Shown here: piece by piece, positions 54,399 through 63,508 of the stretch
Position numbering within the stretch: position 1 is the first letter of the stretch
Layout: each line of letters starts with the position of its first letter
DNA from: a virus
Length of the DNA stretch: 64,000 nucleotides
IMG/VR virus record: IMGVR_UViG_3300017786_000003
Coordinates: 32,001-96,000 of that record
Strand: one strand, 5' to 3'
The notes under the pieces: model-generated
The model's input: the letters and a program-made list of their open reading frames with translations, nothing else
Told to the model about the DNA's origin: nothing
Database searches by the model: none
Made by a program: the position numbers and the translations under genes

Positions 54399-57300
54399 TT
54401 ACATTCCCATTTTTCCACTATAAAATGGCATTACCCATTTTTTAATTTTTTTCTCCATACCATGTTTACCCTCATCTACTGAGACATTTGATCCAGGATA
54501 TCCCGGTATACCTCTTGATTGTAACTCTTGCTGTCCATATGTGGTACCTCCAACATTAGGTAAACCTGAGTGAGTATCCTGATATATTCTATTCTCTATT
54601 TCTTTTGTAGGTTGTACACCAGTTATTCTTGTATACTCTGCAATTTTTCTAAAGTATGCTTGATCAGCATCTTCCTTGTTTTGTTTAAAGAACTGTTTAC
54701 CTTGGTCAGTAAATTCTATTTTTCCATACTCATCTGGATTTATACCATAATAATCATATAAACTATTCAAGTTAGCAGTATTAGCTTTATTTGTTTGAGC
54801 AGTATTCATTAATTCAACAGCTTTATTTATATAAGCATTATCAAAGTTATCTGCATCTTGTAGTGCTTTTACCGTACCATCATATGCATTCTGATCAATA
54901 TCAGCTTGTGCTAAATTAAATTTATAATCTAACTGAGGCTGCATCATTCCTACTTGGTTCATTGTTCTAACATTATTCTGATTAACTAAATTAATAGCTT
55001 TTGCATTAGCCGCCATTGTTTTACCTTGTATATTACTACGTGCAATCTGTTGCGGTCCATAAGTAGACAAAGCCTCAGCCATAGTATTTTGTGCACCTAA
55101 GTTTGCATTTATTGCCTGTGTTGGATCATCTAATACATAATCTATAACAGGTCTTTCTAATTGTGGAGCATAAGGTAAATATAAATTATCCTCCATCATT
55201 CCTAAAGCTCTTAGATTATTTAAATCTTGTTGCCAGAATCTATCAATAGGTGGATCAGCTTCTTCTATAGGGTTTGGTTCTATTGGATCATCTGGAATAT
55301 CAAAAAATTGTTCATCATCAGAACCAAAATCTATATCTAATCTTGGTGCATTAAATGTATGGAAACCAAATTTACTATCAAAACCTTCTCCTTTTATATA
55401 ACCTTCACTACCCTTTTCTTTAAAGTAGGGCACATATAACTTATTATATAACTCTTCATTAAATACTCCATTAGCGTCTGTAGCTAATTTTCTAGCTTCT
55501 TCTTGTCTTGTTTTTTCTGCAAGTTTTTGGAACTCACCCCACTGCTTATTATCTCTACCAGCGTCATAATCAAACCCTTCTATTTGTTCTACTACATCTC
55601 CCCATCTTTCCATGAAGTCAGCTTCACCTTCTTCACTCATAAATACACTAGAACCATAACTACCTTCACCTGCTTTAAACTGTTTCAATGGTCTTGAACC
55701 TTTTGAATATCTGCCGTATCTATACTGACCTATAGGAGAACCTTCAAGTACTTGCCCTTGTGTCTCTATATCATCTGAGTATATAACAGTTGATCCAGTT
55801 CCTTCACCTTCTATTTCTTCTCTTACTCTTTCATGACTTTTATCAAATCTACCTTGATATGGTCTGTATGCTCTAAGTCTACCATCAGAAGTTAAACTAA
55901 AAGTATATCCTTCTCTTCTATACTTTTCCATTTTATCATAGTTTTCACTACCTTTTGGAAATGGATTCTTATAGTTATCTACATTCTCATCAACAGTCTC
56001 TTCAACAGTAGATACTACATCTGCTGAGCCTTCAGTATTATCTGATTCTATAATTTCACTTGTAGAAACAGATAAATCTTCTGGATATGTTGGTTTATTA
56101 AATATATCATAATTATCTATATCTGTTAATGCTTTACCATACATTTGTTTTTCTTCATTGGTTAAGTCATCTAAAAATTTCTTAGGTATTGTACCATCTA
56201 TACTTCTATGCAAATCTTGTCTAATAACATAATCAATATATTCAGCTCTTCCTACTGGCCTTCCCTGAATCTCATACATAGAGCTAGTAGTTACTCCAGC
56301 ACGTGCTCCTGTATTCTCACCACCATCTTGCATCTTTCTAAAATTTGGTAACTCAAAGTTTTCTGATTGTTCTGGTAACTCACTTAGCTGTAATGATTTA
56401 AATAATCTAGTAACAACTGGTTCACTAAATGTAGATTTTTGATCAAAATTTGGTAATTGAAAATCTACTGATTGACTAGGCAATGAAGATAGATAATTAT
56501 ATTGTGGAGTGTTTGGTACAAAAGGTATTTTATTAGCTCCTGTAATAGCATCTAATTGTGATTTTGTAGGCATACCCGGTATTTGTTGTCCAGGAACACC
56601 GCCCTGTTGAGCTTTCTTCATAGATTCTTTGATGGCAGCATCTCTTCTTGCTAAATATACATCTTCTCCTTTTGGTCCTCCATATGCTGCTGTTTGCATC
56701 ATATCCATGTCTGCCTGTGCTAGTTGCATTTGGTCAGCAGGGTTTGGCTGTTGAGGTTGTACTGGCATTGCTTCAGCTTGTTGTAACATTGCTTGAAGCA
56801 TCATAAGTTTTTCTTGTTCTCCTGGAGGCATAGCGTCAATTGTATTTTGTTGTGCTTGTTGTTGAGATATATTTTCTATTTTTGCTGTAAACTCTAAAGG
56901 GTCTACTCCCACACTCAATAAAAAAGGATGTGCTATTAAAGGTACACCTTCTTCAAAATTCTTTTTATTTTCTTGCATGAATCCTAATTTAGATAAATCC
57001 ATCATATTTTTCTTTAACATAAGCTCTGCACTTCTTGATGATATGTCATCAGCATATTGAGAATCTAATTCAGCATAAAAATCATTAATATCAAACTTCT
57101 TTGAAATTGCAGCTGGTGTTTTTTTCTTTTTACTTTCAATACCAAACTCTGCCATCTCATCTCTATCAAATTTCATCTTTGCTGTATCAGAAAAAATAAA
57201 TGATTGCTCAGGTAAAAACATAGGTGTTCCCCCTTTAGAGTGTCTTTTACCCCCTATATCATATAAACCAAACATACCATCACCTGACAAATCTGTTAGG

Positions 57301-57560
57301 ACTGTTTCTCCACGTTCTGCTTCTACGTTTGCATTTTCTCTAGGTACACTAGATAAACTATATCTAACGTTCTCATCACGTGTATTATTAAAACTAGTTT
57401 CTCCATAGTATTCCTGTGGAACTGAAACCAAACCATAATCAGCTTGATCACCAGTAGTATACATATCACCACCAGTACGCATAAATTTGTCTTCTACAAC
57501 TTTACCGTTTACTAATTTAAATCCTTTAGGTAATTTACCTTTTAGTTTTATTTTTGCCAT
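54399..57560 (-). CDS. Virion cargo protein with xxxGG motifs
   Basis: 1053 aa. N-terminal NVEAERGETV...GKRHSKGG...FIFSD segment and Q-rich linkers with AAYGG, AQQGG and MQDGG. Confidence 0.6.
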   Translation of the reverse strand: MAKIKLKGKLPKGFKLVNGKVVEDKFMRTGGDMYTTGDQADYGLVSVPQEYYGETSFNNTRDENVRYSLSSVPRENANVEAERGETVLTDLSGDGMFGLYDIGGKRHSKGGTPMFLPEQSFIFSDTAKMKFDRDEMAEFGIESKKKKTPAAISKKFDINDFYAELDSQYADDISSRSAELMLKKNMMDLSKLGFMQENKKNFEEGVPLIAHPFLLSVGVDPLEFTAKIENISQQQAQQNTIDAMPPGEQEKLMMLQAMLQQAEAMPVQPQQPNPADQMQLAQADMDMMQTAAYGGPKGEDVYLARRDAAIKESMKKAQQGGVPGQQIPGMPTKSQLDAITGANKIPFVPNTPQYNYLSSLPSQSVDFQLPNFDQKSTFSEPVVTRLFKSLQLSELPEQSENFELPNFRKMQDGGENTGARAGVTTSSMYEIQGRPVGRAEYIDYVIRQDLHRSIDGTIPKKFLDDLTNEEKQMYGKALTDIDNYDIFNKPTYPEDLSVSTSEIIESDNTEGSADVVSTVEETVDENVDNYKNPFPKGSENYDKMEKYRREGYTFSLTSDGRLRAYRPYQGRFDKSHERVREEIEGEGTGSTVIYSDDIETQGQVLEGSPIGQYRYGRYSKGSRPLKQFKAGEGSYGSSVFMSEEGEADFMERWGDVVEQIEGFDYDAGRDNKQWGEFQKLAEKTRQEEARKLATDANGVFNEELYNKLYVPYFKEKGSEGYIKGEGFDSKFGFHTFNAPRLDIDFGSDDEQFFDIPDDPIEPNPIEEADPPIDRFWQQDLNNLRALGMMEDNLYLPYAPQLERPVIDYVLDDPTQAINANLGAQNTMAEALSTYGPQQIARSNIQGKTMAANAKAINLVNQNNVRTMNQVGMMQPQLDYKFNLAQADIDQNAYDGTVKALQDADNFDNAYINKAVELMNTAQTNKANTANLNSLYDYYGINPDEYGKIEFTDQGKQFFKQNKEDADQAYFRKIAEYTRITGVQPTKEIENRIYQDTHSGLPNVGGTTYGQQELQSRGIPGYPGSNVSVDEGKHGMEKKIKKWVMPFYSGKMGM

Positions 57561-57562
57561 AA

Positions 57563-60500
57563 TTATAACATTTCTATATCAGCTCCCGCTGCAATTAATT
57601 TTGCTAATATTGATGAGTCAACATTAACAGTCTCACCACCCTCTTGTCTTCTGGTTCCAGTTTGTCCTAAATCTAAACCTGAAACAAAGTTTAACGGATA
57701 TCCTTCAACATCTGAAGATACTGATTGTATTGGTTGTGACTCAATAACAGAAGCTGCAGGAATGTTGTATTGCTTAAGTAAATTCCTAGCTTCATCTAAC
57801 TGAGTTTGTATCTTAGGTAGTTGTCCAACATATCTTAAAAATTGTGGATCTTCTCCTCTTATTGCATTTGGATCATTTTGATCATATGGCCCATCTACCA
57901 TTGGAAAATTACCTTCATTAAAATCTAATCTAGTTCCACTATCTGCTTGATATGCGTTAAATGTTGGTTGCATCACAGGCATACCATCTTCATCATAAGT
58001 ACCAGAAGTTGTTTCTTCTCCAGGACCAGAATAAATACCTGTATGATGAGGTCTCCAAGATTCTCTATTACTATGCTTTCCTCTATATGTAGTTGGTGCG
58101 TAGCTATACATAGATACCATATCACCTAATTCTGCCTCATCATCACTAATTAACTCAAATGGTATTGAACCTGCACCAGGAAACTTAGAGCCATAAGCTT
58201 TTTCAGTTAAACTATAATTACCACCCAAAGTTGGCATATCATATGCTCCTGCTTGTTGGTATGCAAAACAACCATATGGAGTACAATATAATTCATCATC
58301 GTTACTACCAGTAGTACCAAGTGTACTATAAGGTGTATCACTACCTGCTCTAGTTTTTGGTAATGCATCCTTTATCATTTGAGGTAACTTCTCATATGCA
58401 CTCATCATTTCTTTTCGGCTAGTTGCTAGTTGAAAGTCTCTGTATAATTGGTAATCTTCGTCAGACATTCCTCCCTCACTTGGACTTAAAAACATCCTAT
58501 CATCTGCTTGATCCAAAAATTCTGATGTACCTAGTATATTATCTCTTACTTCATTAACTCTTGTTTCTTCTGTATTATATAAGTTTTTAATGTAATTATA
58601 ATAAGCACGAGCTGATGCACTATCTTTTACACTTTCACTAGTAAGACTCCCGCCATCTTGGGCTTTAGCCATTTCTCTTTTTATAACTTTATCTCTATTA
58701 GCTAGATAAGCTGCTTCTCCTTTCTCACCACCATATTCAGATACTGAATTCATATATAAACCAGTTACATAGTCTGAGTCAGCACCAGTTCTTCCTGTGT
58801 TTATATCAGTAGTACCTTTATAATTAAATGGTTGTGTGTATGTATTAAATCTTTCATCTGCTATTGCACCCATTCTATTATCTACTTGTGCATCAAAAAT
58901 ATCATCTCTTTTAGCAAACTTAGTTAATTCTGGAGCTAACTGAACAGCTACGTCACTTACATCTTCAAAACCTCTCATAAAGTTACTATCCCTAAATCTA
59001 TTATAAGCTCCTTCTATTCCTCCAGTATTTATATTTATTTCTGGTGGTGTAATTTCATCAAAAGCAGCTTGAGCTTCAGCTTGAGCCTTTTCTTGCATTC
59101 CTTGTTGATTCTGTTCATTTAAAGAATCTAACGTTGCTTGGTTCTGTTGTTGTGCTGGTGTTGGACCTACTAATGGATTTCTTTGTCTGAATTCTTCATC
59201 TTCTACCATTTGCACAGATGTGCTGTAATCTAAAAAAGGTACATTAAAATCAAAGATATCAGAACTATCTTGTTGTGGAAACATAGCACCTCCATCTTGT
59301 TTTTGTGGAAACATTTTTTGTAATGCTTCTAATGTTGCATTACCTACATTACCTAAATTTTCTTTTTGAGTAGCTGCCCAGTCTTTGAAATCTTTTTGTA
59401 AGTTACTAATCATTCTTTCAGTGCCAAGCCCTCCACCTGTAACTGTCTCATTAAAATTACCTACATCAATATTAGAAGCAATTTCATTTGCATTTTCTGA
59501 TGACTTTAGTAAGTCTACATACTTTTGCATTGCAGCCATATTATCTTCAGATAAAAATTCATCCATATTCTTTATTGAATACTCTGCATCTTTAAATTTA
59601 TTAGATCTATTTATATCTTTTTTTGCCTGCCAATCTCTGAATGTTCCATCTTTAACACCATCTTTATTTAGATCTTTGCCACTAAACATATCTTCATATC
59701 CAGTACGTAGAGTATTAAAAATATTAGCATAGTTGACATCTCCATCTTCAAATGCAACTGGGTTAATGTAAAATGGCTTAGCATTTATAACATCATAATT
59801 ATAATTCTTATCAATCTTATACGTTGGGTTTGGGTCTGCAATTGTTCCCATACCACCATATTGCATTTGGGGTGCTTGCTCTTTTAATTTTTTTAAACCT
59901 GCTCTTCTATATGCATCAAATTTACCAACACCGTTCATATCACGGCTATATGCTCCAGTATTAATTGGTACTAAAACATTATCTATTATAGCTTGAACAC
60001 GTTCTGGATCTTCCAAACCAGTATAAAAATCTGAACCTCTTAAATCTTCTAGGGTCAAATTAAGTTGAGTAGTCATATCTATTTCCTCACCACCTTCTTG
60101 TTTTTTAAACTTAGCAGCATTACGTGCAAAATTAGCCATTTTTACTACTTCGGTAGAATACTTCTCTTTATTAGCTAAAACCTTTCTAGCAGCTTCTTGT
60201 ACACCCATACCACGTGCCTTAGCCCATTTAGTAAACTTACCTCTATTTTCTTTTTTAATTTCTATGCCTGATTTAGCATACTCATCTATTACATCTACAT
60301 TAAGATCAACAGGATCCATTTCACTTTCTACTGATTCATTTCTTGCTAGCTCTTGAGGATTTTGATTTACTTGTGCAGGAGTAGCAAGTTCAGGTTGCAT
60401 TCTTTTAACAACTTCTTGAAAGACCTGTTGTATTTGGACTTCTTCCATACCACCCATCATAAGTGCTTGAGCTATAACTTGTTGATCTATTTCTTGTGTA

Positions 60501-60670
60501 GAAAGTTCTGTTACTACATCAACTATATCTTTTCCTTGTTTAACTGACTCACTAATCATCATAGTAACTTTCTGAATCATAGGATCCGGTTGCTGATTAT
60601 TTTGCATACCAGGTTGCGTTGGAATCATTTGTCCTCCTTGTTGTTTTAAACTTTTTTTGTTTAATTGCAT
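57563..60670 (-). CDS. Modular cargo protein with small basic domain and C-terminal NlpC/P60-like domain
   Basis: 1035 aa with seven or more xxxGG motifs. Contains GIEIKKENRGKFT...ANFARNA and YCTPYG...GDMV...HHTGIY. Confidence 0.65.
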   Translation of the reverse strand: MQLNKKSLKQQGGQMIPTQPGMQNNQQPDPMIQKVTMMISESVKQGKDIVDVVTELSTQEIDQQVIAQALMMGGMEEVQIQQVFQEVVKRMQPELATPAQVNQNPQELARNESVESEMDPVDLNVDVIDEYAKSGIEIKKENRGKFTKWAKARGMGVQEAARKVLANKEKYSTEVVKMANFARNAAKFKKQEGGEEIDMTTQLNLTLEDLRGSDFYTGLEDPERVQAIIDNVLVPINTGAYSRDMNGVGKFDAYRRAGLKKLKEQAPQMQYGGMGTIADPNPTYKIDKNYNYDVINAKPFYINPVAFEDGDVNYANIFNTLRTGYEDMFSGKDLNKDGVKDGTFRDWQAKKDINRSNKFKDAEYSIKNMDEFLSEDNMAAMQKYVDLLKSSENANEIASNIDVGNFNETVTGGGLGTERMISNLQKDFKDWAATQKENLGNVGNATLEALQKMFPQKQDGGAMFPQQDSSDIFDFNVPFLDYSTSVQMVEDEEFRQRNPLVGPTPAQQQNQATLDSLNEQNQQGMQEKAQAEAQAAFDEITPPEININTGGIEGAYNRFRDSNFMRGFEDVSDVAVQLAPELTKFAKRDDIFDAQVDNRMGAIADERFNTYTQPFNYKGTTDINTGRTGADSDYVTGLYMNSVSEYGGEKGEAAYLANRDKVIKREMAKAQDGGSLTSESVKDSASARAYYNYIKNLYNTEETRVNEVRDNILGTSEFLDQADDRMFLSPSEGGMSDEDYQLYRDFQLATSRKEMMSAYEKLPQMIKDALPKTRAGSDTPYSTLGTTGSNDDELYCTPYGCFAYQQAGAYDMPTLGGNYSLTEKAYGSKFPGAGSIPFELISDDEAELGDMVSMYSYAPTTYRGKHSNRESWRPHHTGIYSGPGEETTSGTYDEDGMPVMQPTFNAYQADSGTRLDFNEGNFPMVDGPYDQNDPNAIRGEDPQFLRYVGQLPKIQTQLDEARNLLKQYNIPAASVIESQPIQSVSSDVEGYPLNFVSGLDLGQTGTRRQEGGETVNVDSSILAKLIAAGADIEML

Positions 60671-60689
60671 GATGATTATATTATAATAT

Positions 60690-60700
60690 TAATATACAAA
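60690..60700 (-). promoter_or_regulatory. Putative promoter element TTTGTATATTA
   Basis: Exact copy of the 24993/25067 motif, 19 nt upstream of ATG 60670. Confidence 0.55.
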
Positions 60701-60730
60701 TAATTAGGGAGAATCACTAATCTTTTAGGT

Positions 60731-63508
60731 TTAAGAATTGCCTGCAACATAAGTCATAATGTAATTAGCAGGACTCATATTCATAGCTTTAGCATCTCTA
60801 TAATAAACTCTATTAAGTTTATCATATACTTTTTGACCAATTATTTCTTCTTGTTTTGTTTTGAAATTACCATTTATATAATGTTTATAAATAGCATGTG
60901 GATTACTCATACTTCCACCATCTTGACCTTTAGGTAATGTTTTAATTTTACCGTTCTCAGTTCTAGCATATCTGTTCTTTTCATTTTCCATGCTAGGAAT
61001 AAGTGTGCCTGAATAAGTTTTACCTTTCCATTGCCAGCTAACTGATCCACCTTTTTTATATTCAGGTCCTTTTACATTTCCATCTTTATCTTTAAAGTAT
61101 ACGTTTTCTGAAAGACCTTCTGTTTCTCCTTGTTTAGTTCTTACATACCCGTCTGGCAAAAGATTGTTATATGAAAGGTATTTTATAACCTCATCTTTTT
61201 TAGAATCATCTATATTTAATGATCCAACAATTGATCCAACATAATTATTAAATGTGTCTTCTCCCATTTCTAGAAGCTTTGCTAAGAATGGTCTTTCATC
61301 TCCGCCAAATATAGTTCTTAACTCATGTCCTACACCTAATAGATTTGAACCTATAAAACCAGCTGCTTTGTCTACACCAACAGAATCTAATAGTCCACCA
61401 ACATAAGGTATATCTTTAACTTTTTGTTGTATTGCTTCTGCTGCATATCTACCTCCTGCAGCATGTCTCATATTATCAATACTATTTTCTTCACCAGGAT
61501 TCTCAGCAAAAGCTTGAGCTCTATCATTTACATTATCTAAAGATGCATTAATTAATTTTTCTAGATCAGAAAGAAAACTGGTTTTAGGATTTGACCTCTG
61601 AATTGCATTTACATCACCACCTTCTTGAAAACCTAATTTGTCTTTCCAGTAATTTGGTATATTTTTAATACCTTCCATAGAGATGTCTATATTAGGAACA
61701 TCTATACCTAATTTTTCAATTGCAAATCTATTTGCTTTATCTTTAGCCATATCTAAAAGCTCAGGTGCCCACTTATCTCTTTCATAAATTACTGTTTTTA
61801 ATGCAGCTGGTATTGTTCCATCTGGAAGGATATTATATATCTCTTTTGCATCAGAACCTACCTGACGTAATCTTTTTGCTGCTTTATCCTGTCTGCGTTC
61901 ACTGGGCTCATCACCAAAAGGAAGGAAGCCAGATATAACTGTATCAAGATCTTTTAATGTTTGATCTGTTATGTCACCAATACCCTTATCTTTTATTGCT
62001 TCTATTGCTGTAGGATTATGTAATACTGTTTCTACTACATCATTTATTTCATCTCTATCTAAACCATCTAAATAATTTGTAAGAAGATTAATAGTAGTAG
62101 CATTAAGATCTACTTTTGCTTCTTCTTTTACTAATTTTGTTAACCCCTCAAATCTACTTGTCCTTTTTCCTTTTACACTTCCTGGAACTATTTTATCACT
62201 ATAATTTTCTAAAATATTATCCATAACAAAATTAGGATCAGTAATACCCCCTCTACTATTTTCTGGTGAATTAGGATCCATACCTAAAGCCAAACATACC
62301 CCAGTAGCACAATTAGAATCTAAAAAGTCATAATTATATATGCTTTCATCCTCCAATGATATAGGAAGTTTTTCTGGTCTCAATCTTACATCATCATGAA
62401 TAGAACTTCTTTCAGTACCTTCAAATAATTGTGCTTGATTTATAAAACCTTTTATTTCATCATCAGATAAATCTAAATCTAAAACTCTTACGTCATCTTT
62501 CCCTTTATAATCTCTTTCACTAACACGTTTATTTCCTGAACCAGTTGACCATCTATTTACACGGCCAACTAACTTAGTACCAGGTATTACATTTACTTGA
62601 TCACCTGTATCAGTATTAATTAGTACAGCTTCAATATGTCCAGGACTAAACTTTTTACTTCCATAAGGATATTGTATAACTCTTACATTATATTTTGAAT
62701 AATCTATATCATTAATTCCTTTAGATCTTTCTGGGTCACCACCGTCTTGTAACTGACTTGCTTTGGAACCTTTGTTTATTGTTTTAGCTGCCAACTTAGC
62801 CTGGAGAGGAGTTACACCTTTAATTGCTTTGAGGGGTTTAGCAAAAGGTATTATACTTAATGCATTTAGTGCTGCGTTACTATAATCACCACTATCTAAA
62901 CTATCAGCTGATTTATACGCAGCATTAATTGGATTAAAAAAATCTATTGCACTTGTAAAAGAATCTTTTTCAACTTGTCCAGCATCTATACCCTTATCAA
63001 AATTATATGGTACATTTCCAGTATTAAATTTTTCTTTAATAGTTGCAAAAGGATATCTAACAAATGATCTTATGTCACTTTTAAAATTATCAAGCATGCT
63101 AGGTGCTTGTGTTATTGTACCTCCTTGTTGAAATTGTTCTGGTTGTTCTAACTCAGGTTGCATTCTATAGTTAGTAGTAAGTTCTTCTCCTTCTTTTAAA
63201 TCTTTCAATGCATATACAAATCTTTGATCACCTACCTTTTTACTCATCATAGTTGGTGATTCTTCATTATGATTATGCATCTTACCTAACTGAGTAACAG
63301 GTTGTCCACCTTTATGTGCTAAACCTATTAGCTCACCCTGTTTAAAAGATCTTCCTGCAAACATACCATCTCCTTCTATATCAGAAGGGGCTTGAAATAT
63401 ATCACTCATAGGTGCATTAGAACTAAACACACCAGTTACATAGGTAAACATTTCATTAGGTCCACCAGGTAATCCTCGTCTTTCTTTCTCTTCAAAATAT
63501 TCTTTCAT
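60731..63508 (-). CDS. Multidomain cargo protein: SET + permuted papain-like + DUF6973-like + Tudor-like
   Basis: 925 aa with domains separated by FQQGG, LQDGG, FQEGG, YKKGG and GQDGG (see findings). Confidence 0.7.
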   Translation of the reverse strand: MKEYFEEKERRGLPGGPNEMFTYVTGVFSSNAPMSDIFQAPSDIEGDGMFAGRSFKQGELIGLAHKGGQPVTQLGKMHNHNEESPTMMSKKVGDQRFVYALKDLKEGEELTTNYRMQPELEQPEQFQQGGTITQAPSMLDNFKSDIRSFVRYPFATIKEKFNTGNVPYNFDKGIDAGQVEKDSFTSAIDFFNPINAAYKSADSLDSGDYSNAALNALSIIPFAKPLKAIKGVTPLQAKLAAKTINKGSKASQLQDGGDPERSKGINDIDYSKYNVRVIQYPYGSKKFSPGHIEAVLINTDTGDQVNVIPGTKLVGRVNRWSTGSGNKRVSERDYKGKDDVRVLDLDLSDDEIKGFINQAQLFEGTERSSIHDDVRLRPEKLPISLEDESIYNYDFLDSNCATGVCLALGMDPNSPENSRGGITDPNFVMDNILENYSDKIVPGSVKGKRTSRFEGLTKLVKEEAKVDLNATTINLLTNYLDGLDRDEINDVVETVLHNPTAIEAIKDKGIGDITDQTLKDLDTVISGFLPFGDEPSERRQDKAAKRLRQVGSDAKEIYNILPDGTIPAALKTVIYERDKWAPELLDMAKDKANRFAIEKLGIDVPNIDISMEGIKNIPNYWKDKLGFQEGGDVNAIQRSNPKTSFLSDLEKLINASLDNVNDRAQAFAENPGEENSIDNMRHAAGGRYAAEAIQQKVKDIPYVGGLLDSVGVDKAAGFIGSNLLGVGHELRTIFGGDERPFLAKLLEMGEDTFNNYVGSIVGSLNIDDSKKDEVIKYLSYNNLLPDGYVRTKQGETEGLSENVYFKDKDGNVKGPEYKKGGSVSWQWKGKTYSGTLIPSMENEKNRYARTENGKIKTLPKGQDGGSMSNPHAIYKHYINGNFKTKQEEIIGQKVYDKLNRVYYRDAKAMNMSPANYIMTYVAGNS

